Assembly (NCBI RefSeq): GCF_001194135.2
Contig: NC_069004.1
Span: forward strand, 4,827,529 to 4,891,528
DNA from: Octopus bimaculoides
Taxonomy: Eukaryota
Reading direction: 5' to 3'
Length of the DNA: 64,000 bases
Below, one piece after another: positions 40,740 to 52,998 of this stretch; the stretch's first letter is position 1, and each line of letters opens with the position of its first letter. The position numbers were made by a program, and so were the translations under genes. The notes beneath the pieces were generated by a model, which worked only from the letters and a program-made list of their open reading frames with translations, searched no databases and was not told the DNA's origin.

Positions 40740-41336
40740 ATTTTGAGATGTCGATTCCATCCCGGTTCTAAGCCGTTATCTAATTTTGTCGAGCCTTCAC
40801 AGACGATGAAAAGCAAAATTAATTTCGGCGAGATTTCAACACAGAATATAAACAGATGGGTCAAGAAAAAGTCGTCAATCACTATCCGTGAGTCATCAGT
40901 TGATGCGCAGATTAGTTACGGTTCAGTTCAGTCCATTATCACGGACGATTTGGCTATGAGACACGTGCTTGCCAAGCTTTTGCCGAAACTGCTTTCAGCT
41001 GACCAAAAACACACTCGGGGTTTCAGTTGCACAAGATCTCCTTGATTGCGTCGAGAACGATGAAAGGTTTTTGAAGACCTTGCGTAGGCCTCGAAGCAGG
41101 TATCACCAAGCTTTTGGCATTATTTGATGCAGATTATCTGCTCAGCTTTCTCTGTCCTGGTCAAGGCGACGATCTCACATTACACACCTTCCTTCCAAGC
41201 ACTGCTGTGAACAGAAGAAATGAGCTAGAACATTAAAGCTTAATTAGCATACACAGCAAGGTCAATTTGTGCCAAGTGGCTTCACTTTAGCTTTGGTTAT
41301 ATGGGAACAGTTCGATTACTTATTGATCAGACCACG
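40740..41336 (+). mobile_element. Internally deleted mariner transposon remnant
   Basis: ITIRESSVDAQISYGSVQSIITDDLAMRHVLAKLLPKLLSADQKHTR, then after a +1 frameshift VSVAQDLLDCVENDERFLKTL (mariner second HTH, linker and pre-DDD region); TIR-like GTTCGATTACTTATTGATCAGACCACG at 41310-41336. Confidence 0.85.
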
Positions 41337-42213
41337 ACCTGCTACAGGGGTACAGAGAGTAGTAGCAAGATGGGGACATAGAGTGAGACAGAGACAGTGA
41401 AATATAGAGGTAAACTTGTCAGATATATATAAATATATAAATAGTATATATATTATTTATATAATTATCTAACTGAACGCCACGCATTAATTTTCAATAT
41501 ATATCTATACACATACATGAGCGCGTGTGTGTATGTGTGTATACAGAGAAACGGAGAGGGAAAGAGAGTATGAGATCGATGCAATCGCTGTCATCAAAGC
41601 CATCTATCAAAGACAAGCTTTCTCTCTGCACTTTCTTTTTCCCCTTTTTTCTCTACCTGCCTCTGTATATACATACAAGTATCTATATACAAAATTACAT
41701 AAATTCGCTTACACGCGCATGCAAAACTACATTTATACGCGTATGGCCCTGCGTTATATATATATATATATATATATATNNNNNNNNNNNNNNNNNNNNN
41801 NNNNNNNNNNNNNNNNNNNNNNNNNNNNNNNNNNNNNNNNNNNNNNNNNNNNNNNNNNNNNNNNNNNNNNNNNNNNNNNNNNNNNNNNNNNNNNNNNNNN
41901 NNNNNNNNNNNNNNNNNNNNNNNNNNNNNNNNNNNNNNNNNNNNNNNNNNNNNNNNNNNNNNNNNNNNNNNNNNNNNNNNNNNNNNNNNNNNNNNNNNNN
42001 NNNNNNNNNNNNNNNNNNNNNNNNNNNNNNNNNNNNNNNNNNNNNNNNNNNNNNNNNNNNNNNNNNNNNNNNNNNNNNNNNNNNNNNNNNNNNNNNNNNN
42101 NNNNNNNNNNNNNNNNNNNNNNNNNNNNNNNNNNNNNNNNNNNNNNNNNNNNNNNNNNNNNNNNNNNNNNNNNNNNNNNNNNNNNNNNNNNNATATATAT
42201 ATATATATATGTT

Positions 42214-42249
<36 letters not shown>

Positions 42250-42350
42250 TATCGTATACAAGTATATATATCCACATTGTGTGTGATACAGAGACAAATC
42301 AAAGATAACTAGATTGAGATCTCACCCTCTCAGCCACCCCTCTCTCTCTA

Positions 42351-42393
<43 letters not shown>

Positions 42394-42577
42394 GTATATG
42401 TGTCTGTGTGTATGTGTGGGCGCGTGTGTGTCTGTGTGTCTGTGCGTGTGTCTGTGTCTGTGTAATGACAGCTTATTCATCTCTTCCTACATGGCATTTG
42501 ATCTCACATTGGAAGAAACCGAAAATCATACTATATATCGCTCTAACGTATCTACCAGTTCATTGCGCTGACTTTAC

Positions 42578-42616
<39 letters not shown>

Positions 42617-43364
42617 ACACCCACGTCTTTGTGCATGTGTGTGTATCTGTGTGTGGCTGCCAGTGTGTGCTTGTGCGTTATGTGTTGTGTGTGTCCGTGT
42701 GTGTGTGTGTGTTTGATTTGTCGTAGAATGAATAAATATTTACATTGTTCATAAGTACAGGCAATCGCTTGATCTGAGTTGATCACAAATATTAATCAAA
42801 ATTTGATCACCTGTGTTTGTGGACAAACACAGGCAGACTCGTATGTTCTCACACACATACGCACACGTACAGATATAAGTACGTGTGTGTGTATGTGCAT
42901 ATATATATACAATGTATGTGGGTGTGTATACATATTTTTATTCACTCTGTCACTCCCACTCTTGCTGTATACATGCATATGNNNNNNNNNNNNNNNNNNN
43001 NNNNNNNNNNNNNNNNNNNNNNNNNNNNNNNNNNNNNNNNNNNNNNNNNNNNNNNNNNNNNNNNNNNNNNNNNNNNNNNNNNNNNNNNNNNNNNNNNNNN
43101 NNNNNNNNNNNNNNNNNNNNNNNNNNNNNNNNNNNNNNNNNNNNNNNNNNNNNNNNNNNNNNNNNNNNNNNNNNNNNNNNNNNNNNNNNNNNNNNNNNNN
43201 NNNNNNNNNNNNNNNNNNNNNNNNNNNNNNNNNNNNNNNNNNNNNNNNNNNNNNNNNNNNNNNNNNNNNNNNNNNNNNNNNNNNNNNNNNNNNNNNNNNN
43301 NNNNNNNNNNNNNNNNNNNNNNNNNNNNNNNNNNNNNNNNNNNNNNNNNNNNNNNNNNNNNNNN

Positions 43365-43404
<40 letters not shown>

Positions 43405-44889
43405 TATACGTGTGGGCGTCTGCATATGTGTTTGTATGTGTGTTTGTGTGTGCTTGTACGAAAGCATTTATGTAATTATGTATGTACTTTCTACAGAGAT
43501 ATGCTTGCGTTTGTATATATTTACGCATTGTCTTTTCACTGCTAATGCATTCTTCAAGTGATATTCTTTCATATATTTATTATATCTTATTTTGTATATT
43601 AATGGCAGACAGACATCAATATTATCATACCATCAGATTATTACGCTTAATGTAGCTTATTGCTATAACCACTGCGGTACACACTTTCTCTGGATAAAAA
43701 CACAATTTCGATTTTCCAAAGCCACCATCTTATATTTTTCCTTTCCCTTGTTAATCCCGCGCTATATTTTTTAAGCCCTGTTTAAAATCTCATACCTGGA
43801 GCCTTGTTTAACCATGATTTATTCATCGTTATCTGTGATATCACGACACATTCTATTGTGAATCATTTATGCTTATCTCGAATTAATCTGCAAAAACGCC
43901 CTGCTAGTGATCATCTTCCTAAAACATGCTCACCATCTCTTGTGTTTACAACGCCGTGCTTCAAGCTGGGGCATTTTTGTACATATGTACCTTCTGTAAC
44001 TCATCAAGATGCGACTAGTGAACTAAAAATATACTTTGATTTTCATCCTTTCGAGGTCGATTAAATAAATACCAGTTACTTATTAATCCCTTTGTCTGTC
44101 CTTGTTTGTCAAATGCCTGAAATAAGTAAAGGAGTAAAAGAATAAGAGACTATACATATACATATATACATGTCTACGATTGGCATCTACGCGGTTTCTA
44201 TCGACCTTAATCACTCACAACGCATTCCACGGCCCTGAGCAAAACACTTGTCCAAGGCGTCGCACAGAAATGCAGACTTCGAAATCGTATCGCTGCAAAA
44301 CGAGTTTCTCGGCGAGTTTTCAAAATGTTAAAACATTCAGTTTTATCACAAGAATCATTTACAAGTTGTTCTCCAGATCTTACTAAAGTACACGTCTGCA
44401 TAATCACTTTTATAAAATATTTTTTTAATTAACGGACAAAAATCAGGAAACGGCTTAATAACATAGACATGGAATTTATTGACTCGCAAGCATTATTGAA
44501 AATTAAATTTTATTCGATTTCTTCTTTTCCAAATGCAATTGAAAGTATTAGTTTTTCTGCAGATCATTACCGTGAGAATAATTTTCTAAGCTAAAATTGA
44601 AATTGCTTAGAATTGCACCTGCTATATCGGAACAAGCTCATAAAGATATGAGCAAGCATTTTCATCTCCGGGTGTCTGGTTAAAAACGAAATGTTGTCAC
44701 GATTGAGTGAGGCGTATTTGAAGACTTATCTGTTAATCACAGTAACTAATCTAACTCCGTGAACTTAAAATGTTGGCGAAATGTGAACGGATTCAAGACA
44801 TACATCAATGATTATGTTGTTTAATATAAGACAATATAAGACGATCCATCGGGTGGTTTAGAGATTACAACATGGATACATTCAGCGAA

Positions 44890-45060
44890 GTTAACTCTGC
44901 TGCCTACTTTGAGGCCCTGGAAATAATTGTTAAACCCTGGATAGACAGTGTATGCAATGGAAGGTCCTTCGTATATTAGTAAGACTCTACACAATTACAT
45001 ATGGCTCTAGTAACACAGGAATGGATGGCTGAAAATGTTCATGATTACATAACCCCTAAG
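44890..45060 (+). mobile_element. Tc1/mariner superfamily (DD37D/maT-like) catalytic-domain remnant
   Basis: VNSAAYFEALEIIVKPWIDSVCNGRSFVY**DSTQLHMALVTQEWMAENVHDYITP; TAG TAA fit CAG CAA of the FQQDSAP motif; truncated by a (CA)n run. Confidence 0.8.
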
Positions 45061-45068
45061 AGAAAGCC

Positions 45069-45118
<50 letters not shown>

Positions 45119-45582
45119 NNNNNNNNNNNNNNNNNNNNNNNNNNNNNNNNNNNNNNNNNNNNNNNNNNNNNNNNNNNNNNNNNNNNNNNNNNNNNNNNNN
45201 NNNNNNNNNNNNNNNNNNNNNNNNNNNNNNNNNNNNNNNNNNNNNNNNNNNNNNNNNNNNNNNNNNNNNNNNNNNNNNNNNNNNNNNNNNNNNNNNNNNN
45301 NNNNNNNNNNNNNNNNNNNNNNNNNNNNNNNNNNNNNNNNNNNNNNNNNNNNNNNNNNNNNNNNNNNNNNNNNNNNNNNNNNNNNNNNNNNNNNNNNNNN
45401 NNNNNNNNNNNNNNNNNNNNNNNNNNNNNNNNNNNNNNNNNNNNNNNNNNNNNNNNNNNNNNNNNNNNNNNNNNNNNNNNNNNNNNNNNNNNNNNNNNNN
45501 NNNNNNNNNNNNNNNNNNNNNNNNNNNNNNNNNNNNNNNNNNNNNNNNNNNNNNNNNNNNNNNNNNNNNNNNNNNNNNNNNN

Positions 45583-45638
<56 letters not shown>

Positions 45639-45822
45639 GAAATAAATGCAAAGTAGATAGAGGAATTGGGAATAAATCTTAAATACAAAGAGTGCGATAT
45701 CTTTTAATTCGGCTTAGCGATTATGCTTGAAAATTCCTGCAAACCGGTATCTATGTATCTGACGCGAACGTACACAAAACTTTCACTTCTTCCTTTATAT
45801 ATTAATAAATGTGTGTGTTTGC

Positions 45823-45860
<38 letters not shown>

Positions 45861-45873
45861 GTATCTATCTATC

Positions 45874-45964
<91 letters not shown>

Positions 45965-46051
45965 GTGTGATAAATAGATAGATAAATAGATAGACACACA
46001 GATAAATAGATAGATAGACAGATAGACAGACAGATAGACAGATAAACAGAC

Positions 46052-46106
<55 letters not shown>

Positions 46107-46902
46107 AACATAGATACATACATACAGAGAGAAAGAGAGAGAGAACGTACAGATATACATATACCAATATTTGTGTCTGTGTATATGCATTTATGTGTTT
46201 GTATGTATGTACGCACGTGTATACTCTTGTATCTATGGAGTGTGCATATATGCATGTATGTATGTATGTATGTATGCATGTATGTATGTATGTATGTATG
46301 TATGTATGTATGTATGTATGTATGTATAAATGCAAATAAGCGTGTAAATTTCCGATGAGATAGTTAACTAAAGGCGCAAAAGAATGCTGGCGTCACTACT
46401 CCTCACTTTAAAGCAATCTTAAAAACGACAAAGACTTAAATCCCTTTCATTTGCAGTGAAGGATTTCGGAAGGAAATTATTTCTCCTTCAATTTTTTGGT
46501 TCAGAAATCATGAAACTATAAAAGTTAACAAAGAAATAATATATTTGAAATGAAAATAAGATGAGATAGCAATCTTCAAAAAACGAAAGAATAAAATATA
46601 TACATTCATTTTTTTAAGGCGCATGATCTGATAAAACGAAATAGCGGATTTTGGGGCAAAAACATGGAGGAGAATGTAAAAAAGTGAGAGAGAAAGCTAA
46701 TGCATAATGGCAGACGTAATGTAAGACTAAAAACTTGTTAAGATTTTGTCAGTTATACAACTAAGAAGTTGGAGAGATCTGTAAAAAAAAAAATATCAGT
46801 TAGTTGATGTGCATTAGATAAATAAGAATCTACACTGTATGCTTGATTGGAGGCGCAACAGCGGCACGAGAAGAAAACGATGGACGAAATCGTTATGGTA
46901 AA

Positions 46903-47000
46903 CGACCTCGGCGGAATTTGAACTCAGAACATAACGGCAGACGAAACATCGCTATGCATTTCACCCGGCGTGCTAACGTTTCTGCCAGCTCACCGCCTTA
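46903..47000 (-). mobile_element. SINE type B, 5' ~100 bp only
   Basis: CGACCTCGGCGGAATTTGAACTCAGAAC...CGTGCTAACGTTTCTGCCAGCTCACCGCCTTA is the reverse complement of 26194-26290. Confidence 0.85.
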
Positions 47001-47299
47001 CGTACTCTCGTATTTTCTGTGAAATATAAATACTCAAGTACACATATACAAAAATACGATCGTGCCGAAATGAAAATACAAGAAAGATACAAATGGTGTT
47101 TAAATCTGTTCTATATGAGTAATATGGAGGTTGCTTGTATGTAATTAAGTTTGACATATCAACTGATACAATTCGCTGTCGGTGGATCTCGAATACAAAG
47201 TGGCTGTTTATTTCCAAGAGGGAACTGTAAGATCTGCATTTCCAAATGCTCAAAACAGAAACAGCCCCCTCACAACTTAATTTATATTAAATCTAATTC

Positions 47300-47720
47300 A
47301 TGAAGTTGCTAAACAGTATCTCTACTTTAAAATTCCGTACCAATGTGGCTTTAAGAAGGAAGAAAAAAAATAAAGAAACAAAAGAAAAACATAACACGGA
47401 AACAGAAAATTCGTTAAGGAGATAAAATATTCCCTGAAGCGAATGGAGAACATGGAAAAGAATTTGAGCGGCTTCACCGGAGATTATTAATATTACTACA
47501 TGTAAACGGTGCCACAAGCTTTGAAGATGTTGGCACTCAAGGCTGTTTTATTCACAACATTTTGAAACCTGCAGCTGAAAGTAGAAATTCACTAATAATG
47601 TTGAGGAATGTGCGCAATGATGATTACAAGGCGTAGAAGTGGGAATGCCTCAACGGTTGAGACTATTGTTTACGATTAAATGTGCTCTTGAAATATCACC
47701 TGATACTCTATGGCTAATCT
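47300..47720 (+). mobile_element. Helitron RepHel remnant (region between Rep and helicase domains)
   Basis: AKQYLYFKIPYQCGFKKEEKK*, ERLHRRLLILLHVNGATSFEDVGT and MPQRLRLLFTIKCALEISPDTLW occur in the order of the Helitron motifs AR.YLY.EIP, ERFYLRLLLLHV.GATSFEDLRT and MP.QLR.LF..I.......P..LW. Confidence 0.75.
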
Positions 47721-47954
47721 AGCCGTTTAGACAACACGTTATTCAAAGTTTCATGTCGGAGTACAATCTAATGAAAGCACTTCACGAAATTGCAGTGGAT
47801 GATATTAAATTAAATTGGCCATTTATTTCTACAGCGCCACACCAAACAATTACCTGGATGTGTACCATTTTTAGTGATTACATCACTAGAGTCCATGTGA
47901 AGAGAATAAAGATGTATATGTGTTCCAATGTTACACACTCGATATTATCATAGA

Positions 47955-48078
47955 GACTTTGAAAGGATAAAAGGCAAAGTCGACCTCGACAGAATTTGAA
48001 TTCAGAACGTAAAAACGGACGAAATCCCGCTGAACATTTCGTCCGATGTGCTAATGATTCTACCAGCTGGCTGCTTTC
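47955..48078 (-). mobile_element. SINE type B
   Basis: GAAAGGATAAAAGGCAAAGTCGACCTCGACAGAATTTGAATTCAGAACG...CTACCAGCT. Confidence 0.8.
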
Positions 48079-48158
48079 CCACTAGCTTGGTAACGACAGA
48101 TATTTTTTACTAAATTCTTTATTATTTTAAAATTTAATTAGAACAAAAGCAGTGTATT

Positions 48159-48354
48159 ACAACAGGAATATCATAACAACAGGAATATCATAACAAGTGT
48201 TAAATTATTCTATGTTAAAAGCTTCCATTTAAATTGCGTGTTTAATTATGTTACAAACACCAACGTAATAATAACAGAATTAATTTTACTATATTCTTCA
48301 ATTTTACTATATTCTTCAATTTTACTATATTCTTCATTAATTTTACTATATTCT
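48159..48354 (+). repeat. Short tandem duplications: 17-bp ACAACAGGAATATCATA x2 (48159-48192) and 18-bp AATTTTACTATATTCTTC x~4 (48282-48354)
   Basis: Direct reading. Confidence 0.9.
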
Positions 48355-48378
48355 GCAGGGAATCGAACTCACGATCGT

Positions 48379-48680
48379 GATGGCATGTGTCTTTATGGTT
48401 AGGAGTAATCGACTCCCGATCGTGAGTTCGATTCCTTCCAACGAATTGTCTTTTGAGTTAGACGATTTACTTCATATGGCTCCAGTGTACCCAGATAGCA
48501 AAAATGAGTAGTACCTGTTTTCCTTCATAGGGGCCGGGCCTTGTCACATTCTGAGTCACGCCGAATCTCGCTGGGAAGTACGTTAAGTGTACTCAGCCAA
48601 TTGCACGTTAATTTCACGAGCAGGCTGTTCCGTTGATCGAATCGACTAGAACGCTCGTCCTTGTAACCGACAGAGTGTCA
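48379..48680 (+). mobile_element. tRNA-SINE sharing the type C 3' tail but with a different central body
   Basis: GAGTTCGATTCC B-box; TGCACGTTAATTTCACGAGCAGGCTGTTCCGTTGATCG identical to 17446-17463 region of the type C copy; central GCTCCAGTGTACCCAGATAGCAAAAATGAGTAGTACCTG absent from 17104-17505. Confidence 0.8.
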
Positions 48681-49465
48681 GTTATTCATCATTATATTTT
48701 CAAAATAAACTGAAACCAACGCAGTGTATAACTCAACACAGTCACAGTAATGAGAGATTATTCATTAATAATGTCGATTGACACAGTGTTGTAATATTTT
48801 CTTAAAGCGTATATAAAACTGTTGCTCTCAGAGAACATTTAAATTAAATGCACATTTAATATGTTTCAAGATATTGTATAAGGTTTACAAGCTGCATCCT
48901 CTAACATGTATCATAATGGGAGAACGTTGTAAATATTTGATGTCAACTTTAATCTATACATTATTATACCGTATGTATTTCTACAACCGCCTGTGGCATA
49001 TTGTGATATAATATAAGGTTTTATATATAAACTACATCCTGTAAAAATAGCTGAAAATGTAGATATTGCTGTAAAATGAAATCTCCGGAATGTTATGAGA
49101 TCTTCTAGTCCTAAAACGCAGCTGTGTCGTATTATGAAATGTAATATTGCATACTGCAAACTTTATCATAATGTGAAATGTAAATAACCCTATATACTAG
49201 GGCGGAGTTGATAGCATGCAATGTAACTACAAATATTTATTGCAAAATGCTATATATGATGAAAGATAAAATGCTATTGAGAAGAATTGTACATCTACCT
49301 ACCATATTCTGTAAATGGGGTATAAATATAGCAGTAAATTATGGTTTATACCTTATGATCATTTATGAAGATATCTGTGGGAATGTTACATGTTCTTTGA
49401 TATATACTATGAAATTATAGTCTACACATTATTTTGGAGATTTGCAAGAAAAAAATAATAATAAT

Positions 49466-49828
49466 AAGAGTACTCAGAGAGCGCAAACCTCCGCCAAGGC
49501 AACATCAACGTCCTCTCAATGATTAGTCAGAGATGATTTTTTAAATGAGAATATCTGAAATAAACTCGACTGCTCTCACAAACGAGAATACTAAAAATGA
49601 ACCCGACCGCCATCAAAAATTAAGTAAAATAATAGGAAAAATAATCCAGAAACCTTGTCCGGTATCGGATTGGTCCCAGAATCTAAATATTTCGTGCCAG
49701 GCCTGAGGCGAAACATTTCTGAAAATTTTATCCGAATCCATCCAGCGGTTCTTGAGATACCTTGTCCACGGACAAACAAACAAACCCGACTGAAAACAAA
49801 ACCTTCGCCTTCGCTAAGGCGGAGGTAA
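49466..49828 (-). mobile_element. Non-autonomous Helentron-type (HINE/DINE-1-like) element
   Basis: Sub-terminal inverted repeat ACCTCCGCC (49487-49495) / GGCGGAGGT (49818-49826), terminal hairpin 49801-49826, internal (CAAA)n, AA/TT at both ends, no TSD. Confidence 0.6.
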
Positions 49829-49831
49829 TAA

Positions 49832-50044
49832 TCCTTTCTACTAAAGGCACAAGGCCTGAAATTTTGGAGGATGGTAAAAAATGATCACATCGACCCCAGT
49901 ACTTGACGGGTACTTAATTTATGGACCCCGAAAGGATGAAAGGTAAATACGACCTAATCGGAATTCGAACTCCCGTAGCGATGGGCAAAATAAGGCTAAG
50001 CATTTCGTCCACCATGCCAACAGTTCTGCCAGTTTGTCACCTTA
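49832..50044 (-). mobile_element. SINE type B, full length
   Basis: CCTTTCTACTAAAGGCACAAGGCC tail to GTTCTGCCAGTTTGTCACCTTA head; GACCCCGAAAGGATGAAAGG central block. Confidence 0.8.
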
Positions 50045-50781
50045 AAAAATAGTAAGAAAAATAAGAATGATAACTGNNNNNNNNNNNNNNNNNNNNNNNN
50101 NNNNNNNNNNNNNNNNNNNNNNNNNNNNNNNNNNNNNNNNNNNNNNNNNNNNNNNNNNNNNNNNNNNNNNNNNNNNNNNNNNNNNNNNNNNNNNNNNNNN
50201 NNNNNNNNNNNNNNNNNNNNNNNNNNNNNNNNNNNNNNNNNNNNNNNNNNNNNNNNNNNNNNNNNNNNNNNNNNNNNNNNNNNNNNNNNNNNNNNNNNNN
50301 NNNNNNNNNNNNNNNNNNNNNNNNNNNNNNNNNNNNNNNNNNNNNNNNNNNNNNNNNNNNNNNNNNNNNNNNATATATATAAAAGCATGCACACAATTCT
50401 TCGTTATGAACAATAAGAAAAAATATATTATAATCTCGACTTAAACCAGGATACCGATATTTTACACTTATTTATTGTCAAAAAATTTTGCTGAAAAATT
50501 GTAACTTAATTACACATAATTTGTCGAATTTCTCAGACGGGTAAATCATAGTAATTGGTATAAATTTATCCTTTATTAGATTCTTAGAAAAGTGCTAACC
50601 AAATATGTGTTGTGCTAAATTAAGACATGAATAGATGGTTCCCAATATCGGAAGAGGTTGTCGCATCTGGCTGCTCGGAATTTCTTTCAGAAACGAGATT
50701 AAATGCGTTATTTGACATTCATGAATTTCTTTGTATATCTGTTTCTGTATGTGTGAAAATATAGATATATATATATTTATG

Positions 50782-50812
<31 letters not shown>

Positions 50813-51334
50813 NNNNNNNNNNNNNNNNNNNNNNNNNNNNNNNNNNNNNNNNNNNNNNNNNNNNNNNNNNNNNNNNNNNNNNNNNNATATATATATATAT
50901 ATATATCTATATATATATATATATATATATATTTAAAACATATATTTATACTTATATTTATACATATAATCGATTGATAAATATATGTAATTATAGGTAC
51001 ATGGATATATATGTGCGTGGATGTGTATGTGTGTGTACAATATATACTCACGTATACACAAACGCATACACAAGTATATGTGCTTCTCTCTCTCTCTCTC
51101 TGTATCTATGTATGTATATTGTATGTAAATGTCTCTGTATGTTTATATATGCGTACGTGCGTTTGAATGTAATCTGTGTATCTGTGCATATGTGACGTAA
51201 ACGTGAAGATAGATGGGTAGGTAGATAGATAGATCGATAGATAAATCGATAGATAGATTGATTGACAGACAGACTGACAGACAGACAGACAGACGGTTGG
51301 ACAGACAGATTGACAGATAGGCAGACAGAGAGTC

Positions 51335-51380
<46 letters not shown>

Positions 51381-52433
51381 CTTTCTTTTATTAGCCACAC
51401 AGGGCTGCACACAGAGGGGACAAATATAACTGTAGAGCTTTTCTTTANNNNNNNNNNNNNNNNNNNNNNNNNNNNNNNNNNNNNNNNNNNNNNNNNNNNN
51501 NNNNNNNNNNNNNNNNNNNNNNNNNNNNNNNNNNNNNNNNNNNNNNNNNNNNNNNNNNNNNNNNNNNNNNNNNNNNNNNNNNNNNNNNNNNNNNNNNNNN
51601 NNNNNNNNNNNNNNNNNNNNNNNNNNNNNNNNNNNNNNNNNNNNNNNNNNNNNNNNNNNNNNNNNNNNNNNNNNNNNNNNNNNNNNNNNNNNNNNNNNNN
51701 NNNNNNNNNNNNNNNNNNNNNNNNNNNNNNNNNNNNNNNNNNNNNNNNNNNNNNNNNNNNNNNNNNNNNNNNNNNNNNNNNNNNNNNNNNNNNNNNNNNN
51801 NNNNNNNNNNNNNNNNNNNNNNNNNNNNNNNNNNNNNNNNNNNNNNNNNNNNNNNNNNNNNNNNNNNNNNNNNNNNNNNNNNNNNNNNNNNNNNNNNNNN
51901 NNNNNNNNNNNNNNNNNNNNNNNNNNNNNNNNNNNNNNNNNNNNNNNNNNNNNNNNNNNNNNNNNNNNNNNNNNNNNNNNNNNNNNNNNNNNNNNNNNNN
52001 NNNNNNNNNNNNNNNNNNNNNNNNNNNNNNNNNNNNNNNNNNNNNNNNNNNNNNNNNNNNNNNNNNNNNNNNNNNNNNNNNNNNNNNNNNNNNNNNNNNN
52101 NNNNNNNNNNNNNNNNNNNNNNNNNNNNNNNNNNNNNNNNNNNNNNNNNNNNNNNNNNNNNNNNNNNNNNNNNNNNNNNNNNNNNNNNNNNNATGGTCGT
52201 CGCACCTCCCCTCCACTAATCCTCTATAGAACACTTTTGTGGAATCAAAGTTGCACAAGATTGGTCCCGGACGGCAGAGTTGCTTGAGAGCAACGCGACA
52301 CTCGCGGTGCCATTCGCCGAGCCTAGGTCTCTGTTTAATCCACGACTGCAGTTCGGCTAAGGAGACGAGCTGCGGGAAAAGCGCGCCGCACAAACGGCGA
52401 CCACACCTGTTCACCGTCGTCTAGGAAGCGCCG
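51381..52433 (-). mobile_element. 5'-truncated L1/Tx1-like LINE 3' end (middle hidden by gap 51448-52192), inserted in (GATA)n
   Basis: GC-rich reading RRFLDDGEQVWSPFVRRAFP/QLVSLAELQSWIKQRPRLGEWHRECRVALKQL...FYRGLVEGRCDD with one frameshift; minus-strand AATAAA near 51386-51392; (GATA)n on both flanks; clade assignment from recall. Confidence 0.55.
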
Positions 52434-52486
<53 letters not shown>

Positions 52487-52962
52487 ATATATCGAACATT
52501 GTCTCCTGAGTCCAAAGAAATATTATCATATTCAAGGATTGCACAATACCCCAGAAAATGTATTACTAATATTAACGTGTTTCCCTGGGCTAAAATAAGA
52601 ATTCATAGAGAGGACATTCTATTAAAAATAACCATGCGTAAGGCGCCGGTATCATAGCATGACCGCTGTCCATCGGCAAGTATTAGCAGAAGAATCACAG
52701 AATGACACAATAATTCCGACATAATCGATATATAAACGGTAGAATTAGAAAGGAATCGATCAGTAAACTATCAAAGAGATAATGTTAATCCAAGGATCAA
52801 ATGACAGGAAATTCTAGTCGTTTATGCCATTAATTTAAAATGTTAATATCGCGTTGTGTTCAATATCCATACCGCAAACACACACACGCACGCACGCTCA
52901 CACACACACGCACGCACGCACACACACACACATATATATATTTACATATATGGGCACAGACA

Positions 52963-52998
52963 TGTAATATATGTAATATATGTAATATATGTAATATA
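52963..52998 (+). repeat. 9-bp TAATATATG tandem x4
   Basis: Direct reading. Confidence 0.85.

Noticed and set aside
43793-43890. Minus-strand exon with CAG/GTATGA donor
   Set aside because: Stops in all frames after the acceptor.
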